Assembly: GCA_002269645.1 (NCBI GenBank)
Contig: NIVC01001065.1
Coordinates: 1 to 42,339 of the forward strand
Length of the DNA stretch: 42,339 nucleotides
Direction of reading: 5' to 3'
Source of the DNA: Macrostomum lignano
Taxonomy: Eukaryota
Shown here one piece after another: positions 25,150-34,405 of this stretch (positions are counted from its first letter, which is position 1; each line of letters starts with the position of its first letter). The position numbers and the translations under genes are program-made. Under the pieces are notes generated by a model. The model was not told the DNA's origin. It searched no databases and was given only the letters and a program-made list of their open reading frames with translations.

Positions 25150-25600
25150 GTCCGCCTTCAGAGACGCGGGGTGAGGAGATTTCAGTTGCCTAGAATGGTG
25201 GAGCCCGAGTGTCGGGCAGCAGGTAATCATTTCCTGGTCAGCTCGGTGCAGCTGCCTGATCAAGAGGTTCAGCTGTCTGTCAGGATTCTGAACACATCGG
25301 AGTCCAGTTTGTCGATGCGGCGGGGTGCGCGAGCCGGCTGGTTTTCGGCGGTCTCTGGGCAGCAGCCAGCAGAGCTGCAGCTGAATGCCGTTCAGTAAGA
25401 TTGAGAGCTGTGGAATCCCCTCAGCGAAGTCAAAGAGTTTGGTTCCTGTTGCCTCTTAGACGCCAAAAATCGTGACGACTTTGCCAAAGACAGGTCTGAA
25501 CTTCTCGGGCTCACGAATCTGACGACGCACAAAATCGTCACGGATAGCACAATGTCCGTGTTGCGTTCTTGAACAGCAATGACCCAGGTGAGTAAAGCGT
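25150..25600 (+). pseudogene. Ty3/Gypsy pol remnant (protease-RT linker and start of RT)
   Basis: VEPECRAAGNHFLVSSVQLPDQEVQLSVRILNTSESSLSMRRGARAG, followed by LLDAKNRDDFAKDRSELLGLTNLTTHKIVTD (LL..Y.DVF....DLG.T..V.H.I.T pattern). Same strand and order as the upstream gag. Confidence 0.7.
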
Positions 25601-26139
25601 CGATCAGCGGCATTCAACATACGATAGATGAAATGAATGAAATTAGTTTAAGCGTGCTGCTATGCTGATTCGTCTATCGGATCTCGATAGGATTAAAGAA
25701 AGAAACGAGAACTTATGCTTCACAGTGTTTTTGGTAAGGAAATAATCGTAGCTTCACTGTCCCACTTTTTCTAAATGAGCCTAGATCAGATAATGATGAT
25801 GAAACAAAACAAACTGGACATTGGTGCGCTGCCTCTTGCCTTAATCGCCTCTTGAACAGCAAGAAAAGCCCGAGGAAATCGTAAATTTTATGAGAAATGC
25901 ATCAAACCATTTCGCAGTTGGGAGGATACAGGATATAGTGGAGCAACAAGAAAATTTTGATCCACAAAAGCAATCACGATCGCCAAGATGAAAGTGACAA
26001 TGTAGTGCAATTTATGGCTTAGTAGAAGACGCTGAGTCTCCCAGTTGTCGTTTATACCGATTATGAAGTGTCAAAAATTCCCAGTGAAAGAAGGATCAGA
26101 ATGCCACAAAGTTGGCGGAGCATGTGCCTGCAGCTGCGA

Positions 26140-26750
26140 TGCAAAACAGGTATTCACGCATCTCCATCTCCAGCGATGTTCGTCTTGTTCAGCAAATGCA
26201 TTCTGCTGGAAAAAAGCTGCACGACTACATGCTAGCTTACCAAGAACTGTAAAAATTCGGCCAGCTCAAGAGACTTTATTTTTTAGGGTTTCGAAAGCTT
26301 AGCCTGCAGCAATTGACAACCTCGAAAGCCGTACACTTTTTTCAACTGCATGCCATAGAAAATGAACATAATATCTGAGAAGGGCATTCGTGGAGGAATG
26401 TCATTTGTAAATATGCATCACCCGAAAACTGAGTAGACAACAAAGCAACCACAAAAAACCACAAAATGGCACCAGTTCAAATGAGGGTGCAATGCATTAC
26501 CATGTAGTGCAGATGCCACAATATTTTTTCTTACGTTTTGCATTCTTACAGTACTACCGCTTGCAAGACAGAAAGCTGCTCAAGGTGCACCGAATGATTG
26601 AATTCAAACGACAGCCAGTTTTTGCTGAGTACATCGCGATGAACAGTGAGAAGTGTTCGAATGCAAAGAACGATTTTAAGGATTCGCCAGAGGAATAACT
26701 CGTTTTTTGGCGAAACGGTGCATCAGTTGCCCAAACAAAGTGCATCTGGA
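26140..26750 (+). pseudogene. Eroded family-B DNA polymerase remnant of Polinton/adintovirus type (subtype with GIRGG and NNSVFGKTMEN motifs)
   Basis: Colinear motifs: KLHDYMLAY (26214-26240), EKGIRGGMSFV (26377-26409), LLKVHRMIEFKRQPVFAEYIAMNSEKCSNAKNDFKD (about 26575-26683) and NNSFFGETV (26694-26720). Frameshifted and internally deleted. Confidence 0.8.
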
Positions 26751-26853
26751 ATTCAGCCTGCGTAAATCTGAACAGAAAAAATTTAGAAATCTAACTCTGT
26801 AAGCCGCCTTGCCAAACGACGTAGACCAGCGAGTGGGTTCTACATGATGGATC

Positions 26854-29279
26854 ATTAACTGGAACTGGCGTGCCAGCAATTCTGCATCAATTGGTCTTTT
26901 AGTGCAGTCGGTTCGGTTGAAGCTTCATGTCAATGATCCCTACTCGAAAGATAGAAAGATCGTTAAGTCGACCTTCAGCTAACCCTTTACAACATATTTC
27001 CCTACTGACAAGTAGCAATAAAAGAATCTCATGCGAATATTTGAATATTCTCTGCTGCGTTTCATCTCGGCATGTCCCAGAAAGGTGCGAGAAGGTGCCC
27101 TAAAATACATCGGACAATCTTTTGTGTACTTTTCAAATTGAATAAGTCCGCATTTTTTTTAAAATTGGGCTGGGACAGGCCGATGCCGGTTCCTGGAGTG
27201 GAGACCAAAGCAAAAAACAGCAACTTCTGATTTTCAAAGTGTAGTGAGCGCGCGACGAAAGAGAAGTTTGTTTTTGTAAAAGCGGCTCGTGTTACACGAC
27301 AATACAAATATTCGATTTCAGTCGATTCAATGCAGCTCAAAAATCCATAAAATTACGTACATGATTGAGGATGCGGGTGAGCGTGCAATCAAATACAAGT
27401 TCGCTATCACTGACAGAAGGTTGGCAAAGAAGATACAAAAGGACGCTTTCTAAGATTTTAAAACTACTTTTGGGCACATATCGAAATCATAATTTGATTT
27501 TAATAAATAATTAATCGTTGATTAATTGACTTGCCACAAAAACAGCATTCGTACATATTTGCAGCGTCTTTGAATGTACGCAAATAGATCAAATAGAGTA
27601 AGATGTTATAATTTTGCGTTTTTCTCTTGCCAAAATAATTGAAATTTTAAGAATGATCTCGCAAAAGCAAGCCATAAAAAAAGAAAAAGTGTACTTTCCA
27701 ACACACTGACAAGTCTTGAATAAAAAACAGCAGTCAAGAGTCAGAACTGTCTGCTGAACAGCACGAGCGGAAGATCAATAGCACCTGAATTTCATCAGAC
27801 TGCGCCTCATTGGAACGTGTTTCCGTGCACGTAGAAGCTCATGTACGTTGGATTACGCGTGATTTTTGTGTCGGTGGTGTAGGCTCCGTTCAGGTTGACG
27901 ACGTGGCACGCGCCGTACCACCAACCACCGTAGCCAAACCTTCGAGAGCACGAATAATTGTAAGTGTCGTGATCTCGGTCGAATGTGCTGAACCTCATAT
28001 CGTTGTGCCACTGAAACTGGTTGCCCAACACCGACCTGCCGACCTGCAGTCCGACGCGCAGGCGGTACTGCTGCTCAGGACCGAGCACTTGGAACATTCT
28101 GAACTCGGCTCTGTACCTCCCGCCTCTAAAGCTCTGGACCTCGATTCTCAACCGGCACCGGGAAGTCAGGGGGGAGCCGTTCTTTTCAGCAGTTTTCGTC
28201 ATCTCGGACAGCCGGTCCAAGCCTGTGGGTGAAAAATAGAGAATAAGCTACGTTATTGTTAAATATTTACTCAATTAGCTCCTACTTCGAAACTGTAAAA
28301 AGCAATTTGCAATTTTGTAAAATAGGACTGGATGCTACTATCACCAGGTAACTGAAGCTCATATTCCCGCTTCTGCTCAACTCACCCATCCAGTAGTTGG
28401 AGCTGGGATTTCCGAATCCCTTCACATAGGAGTCCCAGTTCTGAGCGAACGAGAGGCTGCCGTCGACCCGCCTCTGGAACACGATCCAGCGGTGCCGGTT
28501 GCACCTCAGCCTCGGCAGGTTGGCGCTGCTCCTGAAGCCGAACCTCACCGGAATGCTGCCGACTCTGCCGAGAGCTTCGAACTGCAGCGCCTGGCCGATG
28601 TTCGACGGGTTGCTCACGAGCTCGTTTCTGAGATGCTTGCACCTGCGGAACGAGCTGCACAGGAAGACGAGGTCGGCACTCTTGCCCGAGTTTTTCACCT
28701 TCGCCATCACGGAAAGCCCGGACTGTCGGCTGGACAAGCCTTGGTCCGCCTTCACATTCAGCCCGATGATCGACACGCGGCCGACTTTCTTCGACAGCAC
28801 GATGAGCGCAGCACGTGGCCGGGCCGGAGTCCGCCGGAGGGTGAGGAGGAGCGAGCGCACCCAAGACCGGCGGCGGACCCCGAGAAGCGCAGCAACCGAG
28901 GGGTGGACGTGCGAACCGAGTCACAAAATGCTCACAGAATGACCTCCTCTAATTGCTCCAACTCATGCAAAGCAAAAGCGCCCAACACCATGCAGCCAAG
29001 TCTACCCTCGCCCCGTCTAAACATCGGCGGCAGGGAATGGAACATCCAAATGCCTATGAAATAGATGAGGCCGCATTCCCGAGCGATGCAACTCGTTTTT
29101 TCGGAGATCGGTTGCGATTTATTGCTTCACTTGCACACTCGAACTCGAATACCTATTTGTATATATGGACGGCGACTCCAAGCTGAAAGAGAACAGGTAA
29201 ATAATAAGTTAAATTTAACTATATAATAAAACACAGCAAACCGCGATTTTTGGTTGTAAAGCTGCCGACGTTCCGGCTG
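26854..29279 (+). repeat. Segmental duplicate copy A (paralogous to 37904-41577)
   Basis: Colinear anchors: GGAACTGGCG (26861/37911), GTGCAGTCGGTTC, CCTACTGA..AGTAGCAATAAAA, GGGACAGGCC, the FReD gene, and GGTTGTAAAGCTG.CGACGTT.CGGCTG at the distal end. Confidence 0.92.
27807..28795 (-). pseudogene. FReD (fibrinogen-related domain) gene copy A, probably a pseudogene
   Basis: Exon remnant 28795-28386, GT-AG intron 28385-28223, exon 28222-27807. It lacks the start codon and signal peptide (809-bp deletion relative to copy B), and a 1-bp deletion near 27822 removes the C-terminal VPMRRSLMKFRCY. Confidence 0.85.
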
Positions 29280-29292
29280 ACGGAGAAAATGC

Positions 29293-29622
29293 TGATCTGG
29301 GGGAGTGGTGCTAATCTGATGGAGTGATGCTAATCTTGGGGAGTTGTGCTAATCTGATGGAGTGGTGCTAATCTTGGGGAGTGATGCTAATCTGGGGGAG
29401 TGGTGCTAATATGATGGAGTGATGCTAATCTTGGGGAGTTGTGCTAATCTGATGGAGTGGTGCTAATCTTGGGGAGTGATGCTAATCTGGGTAGTGTTGC
29501 TAATCTGATGGAGTGGTGCTAATCTTAGGGAGTGATGCTAATCTGGGGGAGTGGTGCTATTCGATGGAGTGGTGCTAATCTGGGGGAGTGTTGCTAATCT
29601 GATGGAGTGGTGCTAATCTGAT
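29293..29622. repeat. 19-bp minisatellite (GCTAATCTGATGGAGTGGT / GCTAATCTTGGGGAGTGAT)n, about 17 units, with a 95-bp five-unit higher-order repeat
   Basis: Units 1-5 repeat as units 6-10; GAGTTGT occurs at 29341 and 29436. Confidence 0.95.
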
Positions 29623-30039
29623 TATTGTGTCAGTTTTACCGCGCAATGGTTGCTAAATTTATGGTTGGTAAAATGAGATTGGGCTATACAATAAAGTCAA
29701 TGCTAAAAAACAGAGAAAACCGTTTGAATTTACGAGTTCACTATAAAGTTGAGAAATTTAACTTTTATAGCTTTTCTAGTTTCAACAGAATTCGTGTACA
29801 ACTGCTTAATTTTACTGTTGAAATGATTTGAGATCAGTGGATTTTACTAGGCTAGTTTGATGTACTACTGCTCGATCTCTCTGTCCTTTTTGCCTGTTTG
29901 TAATGTGTTTAAAAGCAAACCATTTTGTTGTCCATTTTTAATTCACTCGGTTCATTGGATTGCAGATTTTTAGGAACTAGGCTCAGTCATTTGTGAAATG
30001 TTCATCTAGAAAACGTGCCTGTGATGAGCTCAATAATGT

Positions 30040-30610
30040 TTTGAGCAGCAGCAGGAGTGCAAGCCAATGGGCATCGCTCGCGTCAAGGAGGCCAGAGTTG
30101 GAGCGGATGCGATCATCTTTACGGATGGATCGGTGGGCAAGTGGCACATTGTCGAGAGCGGAGACATGGAGCGGATGTTTTAAAGGCGGACAGTGGCCGT
30201 GGGCAAACTTGAGGGGTTCCACTCAAGCTGGGCTTTACGCTCTGTGGGAAGCTTCGAGATGGCAGATCCAGATGGCAGTGGCAGATCCTGTCTTCAGCAG
30301 TAGAACGGAGGAAGTGAGCTTCAGTCGAATGCGCACTGGGGCACTCGCTTGAGATGGCAGGCTACAGGAAGCGCACAGGTCTGCAAGAGGACGGCTCATG
30401 TCGGCTCTGCGGCGTGGAGGAAGAAAGGATGGAGCATGCGTGGGGCTGCCCGCTGGCGGAAACGAGGATGCTGACCTGATGCTGCAGACACATCAGTGTG
30501 GTTTGCGAGCAGGCGGAAGAGGCGCTGCGGCACTGGGAATGGTGGAAGAAGCAGCCGTCATGGGATCCGAATGGCCGACCCTTGTAGCTGATTAAGTCAA
30601 AGCTGGCATC
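30040..30610 (+). mobile_element. 3' fragment of an RNase H-bearing I-group (Ingi/I-like) LINE
   Basis: AIIFTDGSV (RNase H, about 30111-30137), RTEEVSFSRMRTG, GSCRLCGVEEERMEHAWGCP (C-terminal CCHC knuckle), and EEALRHWEWWKK...PL* ending near 30587. Internally deleted. Confidence 0.8.
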
Positions 30611-30615
30611 AACAA

Positions 30616-30655
<40 letters not shown>

Positions 30656-30826
30656 CACAACAACAACAACCACAATAACAGCAACAGCAAATACAACAAC
30701 AACAACAACACCAACAACAACAAAAAAACAACAACAACAACAACAGCAACACTAACAACAACAACAACAAAAACAACACCAACAACAACAAAAACAGAAA
30801 CGACACATAAAAACAACAACAACACC

Positions 30827-30858
<32 letters not shown>

Positions 30859-30955
30859 AAGCAGAAACAACACACAACAACAACAACAACAACAACAACA
30901 GAAACAGAAACAACACACAACAACAACAAAAAGAACAACAACAACAGCAGCAACA
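30610..30955 (+). repeat. (CAA)n trinucleotide tract, about 345 bp, imperfect
   Basis: Read directly; begins about 23 nt after the LINE ORF2 stop. Confidence 0.97.
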
Positions 30956-31029
30956 GCGATGCCGCTGATTAGGAGCGGTCGCTGACCGGCACCTGAGCCA
31001 CTCCTAAATTGAGAAGGCTGCATCCCAGC

Positions 31030-31353
31030 TGGGCTGTCGTCTGCAGTGTGCACGTGGTTGCCTGCTGTACGGAGTGGCTACCAGGTCTATTCCGCGACTA
31101 TGTGCTTGCCTTTTTCAATATAAAGGCTGTGTCGAGCAGGTCCCCCTGGGGTAAATATTTACTTCAGACGTGTCAAAGTCCGAATACTCGATGCTCAAGC
31201 TCAAGCTCAAGCTGTATTTGAACAAGTTTTCGAAAAGCGGTCTCAGAAATGATGTCGACCTGAGACAGTGTTCTTTCTTAAGGCTCGCAATGTGTAAATC
31301 GATTAAGTACGTGCTCACTTTAATGGTCATTCTAATTTCTACCTGAGGACTCA
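31030..31353 (+). pseudogene. Polinton/Maverick protein-primed PolB remnant, 5' part
   Basis: VCSVHVV...PGLFRDYVLAFFNIKAVSSRSP (core at 31081-31146) matches the Maverick pPolB motif GLF..YV..FLK.K..SG.P. Confidence 0.65.
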
Positions 31354-31480
31354 GGTAGAAATGTCTTGACTTACTTGACTTAGCTGCAGGGGGCGTCCGC
31401 CGGATGCAGCGGGGAGGCGGAGGAGACCGCCCATTCCGCTAGCCCCTGGCGACCAATGACTTCCGTTGAAGTGAAGTCGC

Positions 31481-34405
31481 TCAGGGGGACCCGTCGGTCT
31501 CGCCTGCAGCGCGGTCCTCCTCACCGGCGGTGGGGAAGAAGTCAGCTCGTCCCATGTCCCTGAGGTACCGGGCGAGCAGCGGGATGCTCTCGGGCCTGCA
31601 AACGTCGGAGAGAACCGGGTTTGGCCCGAGGTGAGTGAGCCTGGCCCTGGTGAAAACCGGGCAGTGGCAGATAAAATGGTCGGCGTTTTCACTGCCTGAG
31701 CGGCAGAAGGGGCACCGCTCCTCGGGTACCTGGCCCTGAAGGAAGCGGTGGCGAGAGAAGCAGCCATGCCCGGAGAGGGCCATGCTAACTGCTCTGAGGT
31801 CTCTGCGGTTGAGCCTGAGGAGGGCTCTACGCAGGAGAGGGGAGGGGCAGGGGACGGCCGCCCGGGATTGCCTACAATTCCGGGTGTCGTGCCACCTGCG
31901 GAGATGCTCGGAGTCAGCCCAGCGCTTAACGCGGGAGTTGATCACCGAGGCGGGGATGGGGGCCCCCGGGCCCGGTCCCAGCAACGCGCCGGCGGAGCCA
32001 GCCTTGGCCAGCAGGTCGGCGCGCTCGTTGCCGAGGAAACCGGCGTGGCCCGGGATCCATCTGAGCTCTACCTGGTTGCCTAGCGCAAGCCCGTTGAGCT
32101 GGGTGTTGCAGTCCAGGACGGACCTGGAGCTGGTGGTGCAGCGGCAGAGGGCCCGAAGGGCTGCTTGGCTGTCAGAGTGAAAAATAAGCTTCCGACCGCT
32201 AAGCTGCCTTCGGCGCAGTTCTGCCGCGCAGGAGCTGATGGCAAGCACCTCGCTCTGAAAAACACTGGAGTTGAGCCCAGTGTGCTGGGAGTAGCTCCAC
32301 GCCACTTCTCCCTTGAAGAAGACGCACGCTCCGAAGCCTGAAAGACCATGCTTCATAGAGCCGTCAGTGTAACAGTGGACTTCAGAATCGCTCCAGCTGT
32401 CACTCGCCTCATGTCGAGGCTGAATAGTGACCTTATACCTTTGGCTCAGGAGAAGGGTGGCTGGGATCGAGTCCGAGAGGATGTTGAGCCCGCCACATTC
32501 TTCTAGAGCCTTGAGGCAGAGGTCAGAGTGCGGGATAAGCGACCGCTTCTTAAAGGCCCGCACTTTCTTGAAGGCCACCCCAGCATCCAGAAGACGCCGG
32601 GTGCTCTTCGCCGCCTCTCCTTTGATATAAATATCCAGAGGAGGGGTGCAGAGGAAGGCATTCATGCCTTCAAAAGGAGTAGAGGGTGGAGCGCCCATAG
32701 TCATGCGGCAGGCTCTGCCCTGGATTTTGTAGAGAGCGTCGAGGTTACTCTTGACGCTCAGACCGCTAGCCCACACGAGACTGGCGTAACTGATCGAGGG
32801 GCGGATGATTGCAGTATAAACCCACCACAGCTTCCTGGGGGTGAGCCCCCAGGTGGTGCCCACGGCGCGCCTGATCTGAGCCAGGACAGCCAGGGCTTTT
32901 TTGGCTTTAGTTTGAATGTGCGGAGTCCAGTTGAGCCTGTGGTCCAGAGTGAGGCCCAGGCAGCGGACCTGCTTCTCCATGGAAATGTTCTTTCCATAGA
33001 GGGTGAGGGGCTTAATGGTCCAGAGCAGTTTGTTGGTAAACATGACCGCTGTGGTTTTCGACTCTGAGAGTCTAAGACCACATTGGTTTGCCCAACGCTC
33101 CGCTCGTCCCAGAAAGCCCTGCAGAAGATCTCTGATGGTGTCAACCGAGGGGCCCGCGCAGATCGCGGTCACGTCATCGGCATAGCCCACCTTGAGAATG
33201 GGGTCGTGGAGATCACTGCAAAGCAGCTCATCCATGACCATGTTCCAGAGAACGGGGGTGAGAACTCCGCCCTGGGGGCCCCCTTTTTGGACAGGCGCCG
33301 AAAGAGAGCTGCCGTTCAGGTGGGCCACAACAGTGCGGTTCCGGATCATGAACATGATCCATCGGACAAGGTGAGGGTGCGTGGCCCTGGATTCCAGGGC
33401 TCTGCAAAAGGCCTCGAAGATGACGTTGTCGAAGGCCCCCTCGATGTCCAGAAAAAGCGAGAGGGCAAAGCCGCTGCCAAGAACGGCCCTCTCCAGGAAG
33501 TCAACAATGACATGGAGGGCACTCTCGGTAGACCTGCCCGCGCGGAAGGCGTGCTGGTTCTGCGAGAGTGGGAAGCGCTTCAGCTCGACTGAAAGTAGGC
33601 GCCAGAGCACCAGTCTCTCGAGGAGCTTGAGGCAGAAAGAAGTGAGGCTGATAGGCCTGAAGGCCTTCACCGATTGGTAGTCGCTCTTTCCAGGCTTGGG
33701 GATAAAGACCACCCGGGCCTCTCTCCACGCAACTGGTACATAGCCCAGTTCCACACAAGCTCGGAGGAGACAACAGAGGAGGTCCAGAAAGCGGTGGTTT
33801 TTCGCCGCCTCGTGCAAGAACGCTGGGTAGATGCCGTCGGGCCCAGGCGCCTTGAACGGGTTAAAGGACCTTGCCGCTCTAATAATGCGGTCTTTGGTGA
33901 TTATAGACTTTGCAAGGCCTTGCCCTCCCACTGTGTGGTCAGGCGGGCCCTGCTGAGTCGGAGATTTAGGGAAGAAACTGTTGAGCATTAGCTCCAGAGT
34001 CTCTTCAGAGCTCCCTATGACCGAGCCGTCAGGTCTCTTTACAACAGAGAGTTTAGAAAAACGGTCATTCGTGAGTGCCTTAACCACGCGGGCTACGGGG
34101 CGAGAGCCCTCAAGCCCTTCGCAGTATTGGCGCCACTTGGCCGTCTTGGCCCTTCTGACTTGGCCCTTAAACTCGTGGATCGCACGGGTATAGGCCTCTC
34201 TGTCAGATGGGTCTTTGGTTTTGAGCGCTCGCCTTTGGAGGGTCCTGGCTTGGCGCCGAAGGGCCCCGAGCTCTGGGTTCCACCAGGGAGCAGATTTCTT
34301 GCCTTTATAGGCTTTTAGAGGGCAGGCTGCTTCAAAGGCAGTGGTGATCGCCCCACTCAGGGAGGAGGCGAGATCATCCACCACCTGGCAGTCAGAGAGG
34401 TCACT
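31481..34405 (-). CDS. LINE ORF2 reverse transcriptase + RNase H + C-terminal CCHC
   Basis: Motifs KAPGPDGI, FRPISLTSFCLKLLE, QHAFRAGRST, FLDIEGAFD, GGPQGGVLTPVLWN, GYADD, CYTDGS, FQSEVLAI, HSDSQAAL, WIPGHAGFLGNERAD and CPFCRSGSENADHFICHC. Out of frame with the endonuclease by one base at G11 (34406-34416). Confidence 0.96.
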   Translation of the reverse strand, partial: SDLSDCQVVDDLASSLSGAITTAFEAACPLKAYKGKKSAPWWNPELGALRRQARTLQRRALKTKDPSDREAYTRAIHEFKGQVRRAKTAKWRQYCEGLEGSRPVARVVKALTNDRFSKLSVVKRPDGSVIGSSEETLELMLNSFFPKSPTQQGPPDHTVGGQGLAKSIITKDRIIRAARSFNPFKAPGPDGIYPAFLHEAAKNHRFLDLLCCLLRACVELGYVPVAWREARVVFIPKPGKSDYQSVKAFRPISLTSFCLKLLERLVLWRLLSVELKRFPLSQNQHAFRAGRSTESALHVIVDFLERAVLGSGFALSLFLDIEGAFDNVIFEAFCRALESRATHPHLVRWIMFMIRNRTVVAHLNGSSLSAPVQKGGPQGGVLTPVLWNMVMDELLCSDLHDPILKVGYADDVTAICAGPSVDTIRDLLQGFLGRAERWANQCGLRLSESKTTAVMFTNKLLWTIKPLTLYGKNISMEKQVRCLGLTLDHRLNWTPHIQTKAKKALAVLAQIRRAVGTTWGLTPRKLWWVYTAIIRPSISYASLVWASGLSVKSNLDALYKIQGRACRMTMGAPPSTPFEGMNAFLCTPPLDIYIKGEAAKSTRRLLDAGVAFKKVRAFKKRSLIPHSDLCLKALEECGGLNILSDSIPATLLLSQRYKVTIQPRHEASDSWSDSEVHCYTDGSMKHGLSGFGACVFFKGEVAWSYSQHTGLNSSVFQSEVLAISSCAAELRRRQLSGRKLIFHSDSQAALRALCRCTTSSRSVLDCNTQLNGLALGNQVELRWIPGHAGFLGNERADLLAKAGSAGALLGPGPGAPIPASVINSRVKRWADSEHLRRWHDTRNCRQSRAAVPCPSPLLRRALLRLNRRDLRAVSMALSGHGCFSRHRFLQGQVPEERCPFCRSGSENADHFICHCPVFTRARLTHLGPNPVLSDVCRPESIPLLARYLRDMGRADFFPTAGEEDRAAGETDGSP

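Noticed and set aside
28282-28860. 192-aa ORF as an intact alternative FReD N-terminus
   Set aside because: It starts at GTG in sequence fused across the deletion junction, has no signal peptide, and its last 35 codons are intron read-through.
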